In this document: positions 56,557-64,000 of the stretch, in pieces
Layout of the letters: each line of letters begins with the position of its first letter
How positions within the stretch are numbered: position 1 is the stretch's first letter
Assembly: GCA_041671645.1 (NCBI GenBank)
Contig: JBAZBD010000001.1
Coordinates: forward strand, 671,234-735,233
Direction of reading: 5' to 3'
Length of the DNA: 64,000 nucleotides
Origin: Patescibacteria group bacterium
GTDB lineage: Bacteria; Patescibacteriota; UBA1384; XYA2-FULL-43-10; 1-14-0-10-43-13
The notes under the pieces: generated by a model
The model's input: only the letters and a program-made list of their open reading frames with translations
What the model was told of the DNA's origin: nothing
The model's database searches: none
Translations under genes and position numbers: made by a program

Positions 56557-57239
56557 ATCAATTCCTTCTTTACAATCTCAAAAACCTTCTCTGATATCTC
56601 TTCAATCGGCAAAATCTTGTCGTCAACTGCGCAATCAATTTTACGCCATTCTGGGTACCTATCTGCTAGCCAAAGATATGTTTTTTCGACTTCAAGCAAA
56701 TACTCGCTGTTGCTTTCGTGGATATCTCTTTTTGCGTCAGTATAACTTCTTTTGGCCTTCTGATCGACTAGAATCTGGCCAATCTTGAAAGGGACATAAA
56801 GATAAACAACCAGATCAGGCTTTGGGATATTGAAAACATGGTATTCCAATTCGTAAAGCCAATCTAGAAATTTCTGGCGTTCTTTTTCATCTGGAAACAG
56901 CGCGCCAGAGAAAGCCATGTTTGATTGCACGTAACGATTTGAGACAATGATCTTGCCCGCGCTCAAATCATTCCGCATCTTCTCAGACACCTCGTAACGA
57001 TCGCCTGCGTACATTAGAGAGATTAGATATGGCGAAATTTGTTTGGTTGTTCCAAATTCGCCATTGAGATATCGTCCCACCATCTTGCCAAAGAATGTCT
57101 CTGTGTACTGGGGGAAATCATAATAGGCGATCGAGTGGCCCAGGCTTTTCAACTTTTCAACTAAAATATCAGACTGCGTCTTCTTGCCCGCTCCGTCAGA
57201 TCCGTCAATGACGATAAAAGTTCCTTTTTGTTTTGCCAT
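56553..57239 (-). CDS. tmk: thymidylate kinase
   Basis: FIVIDGSDGAGKKTQ P-loop, SNRYVQSNMAF (DRY-type); 228 aa; 4-nt overlap with the HD gene. Confidence 0.8.
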   Translation of the reverse strand: MAKQKGTFIVIDGSDGAGKKTQSDILVEKLKSLGHSIAYYDFPQYTETFFGKMVGRYLNGEFGTTKQISPYLISLMYAGDRYEVSEKMRNDLSAGKIIVSNRYVQSNMAFSGALFPDEKERQKFLDWLYELEYHVFNIPKPDLVVYLYVPFKIGQILVDQKAKRSYTDAKRDIHESNSEYLLEVEKTYLWLADRYPEWRKIDCAVDDKILPIEEISEKVFEIVKKELI

Positions 57240-57242
57240 GGT

Positions 57243-57539
57243 TTAGTCGTTATTTTTTAATAATGCACTCAGCTTATTTTGCAGATCGTCCAAACGAAAT
57301 GATTCGTGAATTTCGGCTTCAGAATATCTACCTTTTTGTTCAGCAGCCGCGTCGATAATGTCGATTCTCTTCTGCGCCTCTTCGATGATCATGCCTATCA
57401 GATTTGGTCTGATTCGAGCGAGTTTGATAATCGGAGCAACGTTCCAAGACATCTCAAAGTCATTAAGCAATTCCGAAATATCAATTCGTTGATAATCCTC
57501 TTTCATCGGCCTCTGTTCTGTCGGTTCGCCCTCTGCCAT
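57243..57539 (-). CDS. hypothetical protein
   Basis: 98 aa, acidic, no motif; operonic with tmk and the mazG-like gene. Confidence 0.4.
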   Translation of the reverse strand: MAEGEPTEQRPMKEDYQRIDISELLNDFEMSWNVAPIIKLARIRPNLIGMIIEEAQKRIDIIDAAAEQKGRYSEAEIHESFRLDDLQNKLSALLKNND

Positions 57540-57540
57540 T

Positions 57541-57912
57541 TTAGCTCTCCAATTCTTTGCGCTCTTTGTCGGTTTGTCGATTAATATTCATCTCGTGGTC
57601 GTATTTGTCAGGATAGCGAGTCTTCAATTTACGAATATTCTTGTCCCAAATATCTTCGAAAGAAACACCCAATTCATCGGCCAAAATAGCCAGGTACCAC
57701 ATTACATCTCCCGCTTCCTCAACCAAATTGATCTTGTCGAGCGGTTTTTCGTAAATTTTTGTCTTCTTAACCGCCGACATGAGCTCGCCCGCTTCGGTCA
57801 CAATGCCATAAACAGCATGCTCGATCCGAGGTGACAAATCCCGAAAGGCAGGAAAAGCGTATGGTTTTGACTCTGTCCTCTTGGCATTCTCAATATATTC
57901 TTTTGGTGTCAT
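57541..57912 (-). CDS. MazG-like all-alpha NTP pyrophosphohydrolase
   Basis: VTEAGELMSAV and EEAGDVMWYLAILADELG, the EExx[ED] pattern of the MazG/HisE family; 123 aa. Confidence 0.65.
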   Translation of the reverse strand: MTPKEYIENAKRTESKPYAFPAFRDLSPRIEHAVYGIVTEAGELMSAVKKTKIYEKPLDKINLVEEAGDVMWYLAILADELGVSFEDIWDKNIRKLKTRYPDKYDHEMNINRQTDKERKELES

Positions 57913-58228
57913 CTTGGCTCCGTTACTTATGTGTCGACGAAAAAAGCGCGCATCTCGCCGCTTCTTTGTTTTTATTTTTGCTTGCCATCCATAGCCTTGC
58001 GCGTAGGATGGTTTGGTTTAAGTTTAGACCAATTCCCAGAAAGTGTCCAACGATCTTTTCCACATATATTTTCGTATGAATATGGTCGATCGACGAGAAT
58101 CATACGAATGATGAAGATCTCCATGCTATCTATAATTTTCATTTTTTGTTGTTTGGCTCTAAGACTCGGCTCTAAGCGTTGAAAAAAAAGCCATAATTTG
58201 ATATTATAGCAAAGTAAAAGTCCGCTGC

Positions 58229-58305
58229 GCGCCCATAGCTCAGTTGGTTAGAGCGCCTCATTGACGTTGAGGAGGTCAGAGGTTCGAATCCTCTTGGGCG
58301 CACCA
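58229..58305 (+). tRNA. tRNA-Val (anticodon GAC)
   Basis: Acceptor GCGCCCA/TGGGCGC, D arm GCTC-AGTTGGTTA-GAGC, anticodon stem CCTCA/TGAGG with loop TTGACGT, T arm AGAGG-TTCGAAT-CCTCT, disc A, CCA. Confidence 0.85.
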
Positions 58306-58384
58306 TAAAAAAATCATCACCCTCCTTCGTTAAAACTACGGACGGCAGGCAGTGGTGATTTTTTTATGAGAATATTTAATAGAA

Positions 58385-59179
58385 TTATTTTTTACTCAGG
58401 GCTGATTTTATGATCGGAGTGATCGCTTCGCAAATCGATTTATTTGCGCAGATGACAAAGTATTCACTTCCGAAAGAACGATCGGAAACCTCGTCGAAAT
58501 ATAATATAACTGCGCCGGCCTCCTCTGCAATCAATTTGCCGGCCGCATAATCATATATTTCGGTGGCACTATTGACCAAGACCTCGACTCGGCCCAAGGC
58601 AATGAGGGTACAGTCAACCGCTATGGACCAGTTTTCCATCCAGCGCTTGATGCCTATTTGGTCGAAGGCAATCCGAAATTTGCTAATTTGTTCTCGTGAG
58701 CCCTCATAGCCGGTAGTGTGACAAATTGTAGAATTGGCCAATATCCCTTCGTTGCTGGTCTGGATCTTCTTGCCGTCCATCCAGGTGCCCTGGCCCTTTT
58801 CGGCCCAGAAGGTCTCTCCCGTGATCGGCTGGTGGATGACGCCAAAGATTACTTCTCCTTTGTGGGCCAAAGCGATCGAGACACCAAAATTTGGGATGCC
58901 AAGGAAAAAGTTGTTGGTGCCATCGAGCGGATCGATAATGAACTCATATTCCGAGCCCTTGGCAATCTTGCCGGCCTCCTCCGAATAGATATTGTAATCA
59001 GGAAATTCACGCTCCAAAATCTCAAGTATTACTCTCTCCGAACCAAGATCTGCCTTGGTCCGAAAGTTAGCAGCCATGCCCTTGTCCTCCAACTCAAGAG
59101 CTTCGCCAAAATACTCCTTGACGATTTTCCCGCCAGCCTCCGCCGCTTCGATAATAATTTTGTATTTTTCTGTAATCAT
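58385..59179 (-). CDS. inositol monophosphatase-family protein (SuhB/CysQ-like)
   Basis: IDPLDGTNNF and WMDGKK motifs. Confidence 0.8.
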   Translation of the reverse strand: MITEKYKIIIEAAEAGGKIVKEYFGEALELEDKGMAANFRTKADLGSERVILEILEREFPDYNIYSEEAGKIAKGSEYEFIIDPLDGTNNFFLGIPNFGVSIALAHKGEVIFGVIHQPITGETFWAEKGQGTWMDGKKIQTSNEGILANSTICHTTGYEGSREQISKFRIAFDQIGIKRWMENWSIAVDCTLIALGRVEVLVNSATEIYDYAAGKLIAEEAGAVILYFDEVSDRSFGSEYFVICANKSICEAITPIIKSALSKK

Positions 59180-59185
59180 AATAGG

Positions 59186-59260
59186 TGGTGGTCGCTACTG
59201 GATTTGAACCAGTGGCTTCCTCAATGTGAATGAGGCACTCTACCGCTGAGTTAAGCGACC
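59186..59260 (-). tRNA. tRNA-Val (anticodon CAC)
   Basis: Reverse complement folds: GGTCGCT-TA-ACTC-AGCGGTAG-AGT-G-CCTCA-TTCACAT-TGAGG-AAGCC-ACTGG-TTCAAAT-CCAGT-AGCGACC-A-CCA. Confidence 0.8.
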
Positions 59261-59299
59261 ATGGTGCGACGCTGAGCGTCGCTTTCACCACGCTTAGCG

Positions 59300-59373
59300 T
59301 GGTGGACCTACCGAGAATCGAACTCGGGACTCAGCAATGCGAATGCCGTGTTAAACCACTTAACTATAGGCCC
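59300..59373 (-). tRNA. tRNA-Ala (anticodon CGC)
   Basis: Reverse complement: GGGCCTA ... anticodon loop TTCGCAT, T arm CCGAG-TTCGATT-CTCGG, acceptor with a G3:U70 wobble (Ala identity element), A, CCA. Confidence 0.7.
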
Positions 59374-59429
59374 ATCTATGTTTTACAAGGCTGATTCTAA
59401 CAAATTATAGCCGGTTGAACAAGAAAAAA

Positions 59430-59457
59430 TCCTCCAGCAACGGAGGATTTTCCCAAT
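59430..59457. terminator. hairpin plus T-run
   Basis: aaaaaATCCTCCagcaacGGAGGATttt. Confidence 0.5.
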
Positions 59458-59550
59458 TTGATATCTGGATCCCGGATCAAGAGCCAAAGGAGCCGAGGGT
59501 TACCCTTTGGGTCTTCCCTTCGGGTTCCGGGATGACAATAAGCCGTCAGT

Positions 59551-59811
59551 CTACCTGGCGTTTTCTAAAATAGTTTTAGTTTTCTCGATAAAACCGCCCA
59601 TGAAAGGTGCAAAATCAACGCGGTTGAGAACATAGGCTAGACCCGAAATAACGATGGCGGCACCGATGGAAGCGCCGAGACCGGCGATAATGCCGCGACC
59701 AAAAACGTAGTACCATTTGTTTAGCTTGAGACTTTTACTAAGCAATTTATTATTTAAATCAATTTTGTCCATTGAATTTTCGGGGATCTTGTCGTTTGCC
59801 ATATGACCCAT
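59551..59811 (-). CDS. small membrane protein (hypothetical)
   Basis: One long hydrophobic segment, GIIAGLGASIGAAIVISGLAYVL. Confidence 0.4.
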   Translation of the reverse strand: MGHMANDKIPENSMDKIDLNNKLLSKSLKLNKWYYVFGRGIIAGLGASIGAAIVISGLAYVLNRVDFAPFMGGFIEKTKTILENAR

Positions 59812-59903
59812 TCGTTAATTAGTACATCATTATTGTACTTTTAATTTTGCAATCCGACAAATTGTACCCAATGGGGTTGATTCAAGAAATGACGGCAGAA
59901 CCG

Positions 59904-60494
59904 TCATTTTTTCTTAACTGTAATCTTTTGCGCTTTCTTCGGCTCAGCTTTTGGCACTGTGATCGAGAGAATGCCGTCTTTCATTTCGGCCTCTGCTTTA
60001 TCGGCAACTACTTCGGCTGGCAAAGTGAAACTCCGCTCAAACCTGCCCGTATGGCTCTCTTTATAATAATAGTGCTCTTCGTTATCGGAATATTCGCCCG
60101 CGATCGTCATCACATTGTCCATGATCTCGACATTGATATCTTCCTCTTTCATCCCTGGCAATTCTACTCTGACCACGATAGCATCTTTGGAATCTAGAAT
60201 ATCAATTTTTGGTGTTAGGCTTTGCGGATTCGGCGCGGCGAAACCATCGCGTGACTCGTCAATCAATATCTTTTCTATTTCATGTTCAAATTCAAAAATA
60301 TCTTCGAAGGCGGTATCAAAAAATTGGCAGAGCGAAACTGCCAGCGGCAGAGAAGGCATTGAGCGCCCCGACTCGAGCGAAATTATTGATTGGCGAGAAA
60401 TGCCGAGATGTTCGGCTAGCGCTTCCTGAGAGAGATCGCGCTTCTTGCGCCAATCCTTAATCCTGATTTCAATTGGAAAATCTTTGTCATCCAT
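59904..60494 (-). CDS. XRE-family HTH fused to an Hsp20/alpha-crystallin domain
   Basis: N-terminal LSQEALAEHLGISRQSIISLESGRSMPSL (Cro/C1 HTH); C-terminal AIVVRVELPGMKEEDINVEI...GRFERSFTLP...DGILSITVPK (sHSP ACD). Confidence 0.8.
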   Translation of the reverse strand: MDDKDFPIEIRIKDWRKKRDLSQEALAEHLGISRQSIISLESGRSMPSLPLAVSLCQFFDTAFEDIFEFEHEIEKILIDESRDGFAAPNPQSLTPKIDILDSKDAIVVRVELPGMKEEDINVEIMDNVMTIAGEYSDNEEHYYYKESHTGRFERSFTLPAEVVADKAEAEMKDGILSITVPKAEPKKAQKITVKKK

Positions 60495-60542
60495 GACATA
60501 AATGTAAAGTAGACTTTACATTATGTCAAGACCTGACTCGTT

Positions 60543-61157
60543 CTATTTGATGTTTTCAATAGTGACTGAGTCCATCTTGTCGCCAACTGCGATGTTCTTG
60601 ACGACGTCCATGCCGCCAGTCACTTGACCAAAGAGGCTGTAGCTCTTGGGCAAACTTGGCTGATCTTCGAGACAGATGAAGAATTGTGAGCCATTGGTAT
60701 CGGGGCCAGAGTTCGCCATAGCAACGGTGCCAGCTAAGTATTCACCGACAACTGGCTCATCTGGGAATTTATAGCCTGGTCCACCGCTTCCAGTGCCAGT
60801 CGGATCGCCACCCTGAATTACAAAATTTGGCACGACTCGGTGAAAAATTAGCCCATCATAATATTTCTGATCGGCCAGGTAGACAAAATTGCTCACTGTC
60901 TTGGGCGCCTTGTCAGCATAAAGCGTAAATTCGATCGTACCTTTGGTCGTCTTGATCACTGCCTTCTTGTCCGCGATTTGGCTCTGGTCCAGAGCACCAG
61001 GAAATTGATAAGTACTCACTTTGCTCTCCTTATTTTCGTTAGTTATTTGTTGTTGATTGTCTTCATTTTTGGCTGGGGCAATAGTCTTCTTGGGCCAGAG
61101 AAAATATCCTCCGATCAGGATAATGATAATGACGGAAAAAAAGATAAATTTCTTCAT
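60543..61157 (-). CDS. ppiB: cyclophilin-type peptidyl-prolyl isomerase with N-terminal membrane anchor/signal
   Basis: FHRVVPNFVIQGGDPTGTGSGGPGY ... NGSQFFI. Confidence 0.9.
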   Translation of the reverse strand: MKKFIFFSVIIIILIGGYFLWPKKTIAPAKNEDNQQQITNENKESKVSTYQFPGALDQSQIADKKAVIKTTKGTIEFTLYADKAPKTVSNFVYLADQKYYDGLIFHRVVPNFVIQGGDPTGTGSGGPGYKFPDEPVVGEYLAGTVAMANSGPDTNGSQFFICLEDQPSLPKSYSLFGQVTGGMDVVKNIAVGDKMDSVTIENIK

Positions 61158-61315
61158 ACTTCGTCTTTCCTTTGATTAAGCTGAACTCAACTATAATAAT
61201 AGAGATCATGAAGTTTAGTCAATGCTAAATCCCTCTCCGATTGACAATGAGGCTCAATTTTGTTATGATAAATTCATACCATTAAGTACTATCCCGAGGG
61301 GATTTTTTATTTATT

Positions 61316-63151
61316 ATGAAAAACGAACAAATCAGAAACGTTGCTATTATCGCCCACGTTGACCACGGCAAAACCACTCTTGTCGACGGATTTTTGAAGC
61401 AATCCAAAACTTTTCGCGAAAATGAAGCTGAAATGGGTCAAGACTTGATCATGGACTCCAACGATCAGGAACGTGAACGCGGCATCACAATCCTGGCCAA
61501 AAACACTGCTATCAATTATAAAAGTGTCAAAATCAACATTATCGACACTCCTGGCCATGCTGACTTTGGTGGTGAAGTAGAGCGTACTCTCAATATGGCA
61601 GACGGTGCCGTACTCGTCATCGATGCTCAAGAGGGCCCGATGCCTCAGACCAAATTTGTGCTGAAGAAAGCACTCGAACTTGGCCTCAAGGTGATTGTAA
61701 TTATCAACAAAATCGACAAGGCAAACGCTGATATCCCAGCCACTATCGACAAAACATATGACCTCTTCCTCGAGATGGCAACCAAAGACGACCAGCTCGA
61801 TTTTCCAATTTTCTACGCTATCGGACGCGAAGGCAAAGCTTGGGCCGAACTGCCAGATGACGAAAGCCAACCAGCTGATCTTTCCCCTATCCTCGACGCA
61901 ATTGTCGAATCAATTCCAGCGCCGGAGGGAGACGTCGAGGGCGGCTTCCAGATGGTGATCTCCGCACTCGCACAGGACAGCTTCATCGGCAAGTATTCGA
62001 TCGGTCGTATCACTCGTGGAATCGCCAAGACCAACATGCCAGTAGCATTGATCAACGAAAATGGCATTATCGAGAGTGGCCGAATGGAAAAAATCTATGT
62101 CAACTCTGGACTCAAAAAAGTTGAGGTCTCTGAGGCTGTGGCTGGAGATATTATCTCCGTGGCCGGACTAGCCAAAGCGACTATCGGCTACACTATTGCC
62201 GACAAAGAAAATCCTGAAGCCCTTCCATCCATCGAAATCGAAGAGCCAACCCTCTCAATCTCGATGTACGCCAATACTTCCCCATTTGCTGGTCGTGAAG
62301 GCAAATTTGTGACTGCAAGACAATTGCTTGATCGAATTCAAAGAGAGCTAGAAACAAATATCTCGATGAAATATCGACTCGGCGACGACAGCACCTATAT
62401 TATCTCTGGCCGTGGCGAGCTCCACCTCTCTGTCTTCATCGAAACCCTTCGCCGCGAAGGATTCGAACTTCAGGTTGGCAAACCACAGGTCATTACGAAA
62501 GTAATTGATGGCACTGTTTGCGAACCAGTCGAAGAATTGACCGTAGACGTTCAAAACGATTTTACCAGCTCTGTGATTAGCGAAATTTCTCAACGTCGTG
62601 GCATCCTCCACAATCAGATGGAAAACGCGGATGGCACGACTAGACTCGTGTTTGAGATTACGACTCGTGGCACACTCGGACTTCGTAACACTTTGCTTAC
62701 GCTTTCCAAGGGTACTGCTATCACCAACACGATGTTCCTCCGCCACCAACCAATCGGCGCCAAAATTCCGAAAATGAGAAACGGCGTTTTGATCGCCTAC
62801 TCTTCTGGCAAGGCCGTTGGATTTGGTCTCAATATTGCTCAGCAACGTGGCACAACTTTCATCCATCCAAATACAGAAGTTTACGAAGGTATGATCGTCG
62901 GTCAGAATCAGCGTGAGGACGACCTTGAGATTAACGTAACAAAAGAAAAACAATTGACCAACATGCGTGCTTCTAGCGCTGATGCGATCACAGTGCTCAC
63001 TCCTCCGACTATCTTCTCGCTAGAGCAGTGCATCGACTTCCTCGAAGACGATGAACTACTCGAAGTAACACCAAAAAGTTTGCGCCTCCGCAAGAAACAT
63101 TTGGACTCCGGTAGCCGCAACAAGGCTAGAAAATCTGCAGGCCAATCCTAA
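61316..63151 (+). CDS. typA: translational GTPase TypA/BipA
   Basis: AHVDHGKTT, DTPGHADF, NKID; EF-G-like domain order; 611 aa. Confidence 0.95.
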   Translation: MKNEQIRNVAIIAHVDHGKTTLVDGFLKQSKTFRENEAEMGQDLIMDSNDQERERGITILAKNTAINYKSVKINIIDTPGHADFGGEVERTLNMADGAVLVIDAQEGPMPQTKFVLKKALELGLKVIVIINKIDKANADIPATIDKTYDLFLEMATKDDQLDFPIFYAIGREGKAWAELPDDESQPADLSPILDAIVESIPAPEGDVEGGFQMVISALAQDSFIGKYSIGRITRGIAKTNMPVALINENGIIESGRMEKIYVNSGLKKVEVSEAVAGDIISVAGLAKATIGYTIADKENPEALPSIEIEEPTLSISMYANTSPFAGREGKFVTARQLLDRIQRELETNISMKYRLGDDSTYIISGRGELHLSVFIETLRREGFELQVGKPQVITKVIDGTVCEPVEELTVDVQNDFTSSVISEISQRRGILHNQMENADGTTRLVFEITTRGTLGLRNTLLTLSKGTAITNTMFLRHQPIGAKIPKMRNGVLIAYSSGKAVGFGLNIAQQRGTTFIHPNTEVYEGMIVGQNQREDDLEINVTKEKQLTNMRASSADAITVLTPPTIFSLEQCIDFLEDDELLEVTPKSLRLRKKHLDSGSRNKARKSAGQS

Positions 63152-63231
63152 AAAATTATTAGATCTACAAAGCAAAAATCGCTTCACAGGAAGCGGTTTT
63201 TGTGTTATAAGTGCTACAAGAGGTGAGGACA

Positions 63232-63972
63232 ATGAAAATTGATTTTGGCATTCTTGCAGGCGGCGATGGAAAACGTTTGAACGCTGGCATTCCAAAAGCC
63301 TGGGTGACCATAGGCGGTCAATCAATCCTGAGCCGCGTTTATTACGAAATTCCGCCCTTGGCGAACAAAATATTTGTTGTTGGCCATGACGATCGGAGAG
63401 TCGACATTCTCGGACTTGGCGAGAAAAGTGTTTGGGTCCAGAAAACCGGCAAGTATATCAGCGATTTATTTGCCATCGTGAACAGTTCTGATGCTGACTT
63501 GCTTATCGTTATCAACGCAGATGCAGTGTTGGTGACTGAGGAAAATCTGGATCATTTAGTTTGGGTGCTGGGTAGCTTTCCTGATTGCGGGGTGGTTTGG
63601 CCAGCCGTGCCAATCGACGAATGTTTTCCTGAGGCCGGTGGCAGACGATACATTCCGGGGAGCAAAAGCTTGGCTCGGGGAAATGTCTTCGCTTTCCGAC
63701 CGAAGATGGTCCGTATGCATGAGAAAATCATCAAGCGTATGGAAGAAAATCCCACTTTCGGCGAAGTTATCGCCTTGGGTCTGGGGCTATGCCTCCGCTA
63801 CGCCACACGCAGTCTCAAGCCGCACCACGTGGCCGAACGGCTCGGACTTTTGTTCGGGTGCAAGGCCTTTATAGCACAAATGTCGACACCGGAGTTTGCC
63901 TTCGACGTCGATCATCCAAAAGACCGAGTGACCGCACTCGAAATCTTGCGCAAGCAAGGTCGTATAAAGTAA
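63232..63972 (+). CDS. nucleotidyltransferase (MobA/GlmU-N-terminal-like NTP_transferase fold)
   Basis: GILAGGDGKRL matches the LAGGxGxRL motif; GC higher than the window average. Confidence 0.55.
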   Translation: MKIDFGILAGGDGKRLNAGIPKAWVTIGGQSILSRVYYEIPPLANKIFVVGHDDRRVDILGLGEKSVWVQKTGKYISDLFAIVNSSDADLLIVINADAVLVTEENLDHLVWVLGSFPDCGVVWPAVPIDECFPEAGGRRYIPGSKSLARGNVFAFRPKMVRMHEKIIKRMEENPTFGEVIALGLGLCLRYATRSLKPHHVAERLGLLFGCKAFIAQMSTPEFAFDVDHPKDRVTALEILRKQGRIK

Positions 63973-64000
63973 CCCAAGATGGCTCAGTCAGCCATCTTTT

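Noticed and set aside
57913-58228. ORFs 57831-58079 and 57931-58182 between the mazG-like gene and tRNA-Val
   Set aside because: They are short, mutually overlapping, have no Shine-Dalgarno or motif, and the region is the promoter/leader of the operon and the tRNA.
58229-59373. Prophage integrated at the tRNA cluster, which would explain the T4-like nucleotide genes
   Set aside because: There is no integrase, terminase, capsid or tail gene anywhere in the window. The flanking genes (thrS, suhB-like, typA, ppiB) are cellular housekeeping, so the operon appears chromosomal.

Overview
This is a low-GC (about 42-45%), gene-dense bacterial chromosome segment with a Patescibacteria/CPR-like gene repertoire: small housekeeping genes, many short hypotheticals, and three YhbQ-like GIY-YIG mini-nucleases. 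I have moderate-to-high confidence in these housekeeping calls: valS (partial), uvrA, uvrB, priA, der, infC-rpmI-rplT, rpsP, a KH protein, trmD, rplY, truncated thrS, glyA, typA, lgt, lspA, lepB, cyclophilin, rubrerythrin, a two-transmembrane K+ channel, bactofilin and malic enzyme. RNA genes are an RNase P RNA, tRNA-Gln(UUG), tRNA-Val(GAC), tRNA-Val(CAC) and tRNA-Ala(CGC).

The most notable structures are:
- A tightly packed 6.4-kb minus-strand nucleotide-metabolism operon at 51.5-57.9 kb. It encodes a MazG-like NTP pyrophosphatase, a hypothetical, Tmk, an HD hydrolase, GlyA, a GxxxxGKDT P-loop kinase, a ThyA-family enzyme, a DHFR-superfamily reductase, a dCTP-deaminase-fold protein and a dCMP-deaminase-like protein. 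The ThyA homologue carries Asp at the pyrimidine-specificity position (Asn177 in E. coli thymidylate synthase, Asp in phage dCMP hydroxymethylase). The dCTP-deaminase-fold protein lacks the catalytic Glu. Together this resembles a T4-like 5-modified-dC nucleotide pathway more than ordinary thymidylate synthesis.
- The RNase P RNA gene appears to carry a 257-nt insertion in the P3 stem that encodes a GIY-YIG protein. A second GIY-YIG ORF sits against tRNA-Gln, bracketed by a 10-bp direct repeat of the tRNA 5' end, and the tRNA 3' end plus a terminator are duplicated downstream.
- A second nucleotide-handling module at 1-4.8 kb comprises CYTH, a Tmk-like kinase, GreA, a MoaA-like twitch radical SAM enzyme, a Zn-ribbon protein and a YfbR-like HD nucleotidase.
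- A ThiF/E1-like enzyme, an MFS exporter and a GH3/ANL-type adenylating enzyme form a cassette at 6.3-10 kb.

Gene fusions are def-fmt, XRE-HTH-Hsp20 and GNAT-GNAT-ASCH. Also present are recurring TCAAG-loop hairpin repeats and a 58-bp direct repeat pair in a slightly GC-richer islet next to the tRNA-Gln duplication. No CRISPR array, transposase or phage structural genes were seen.
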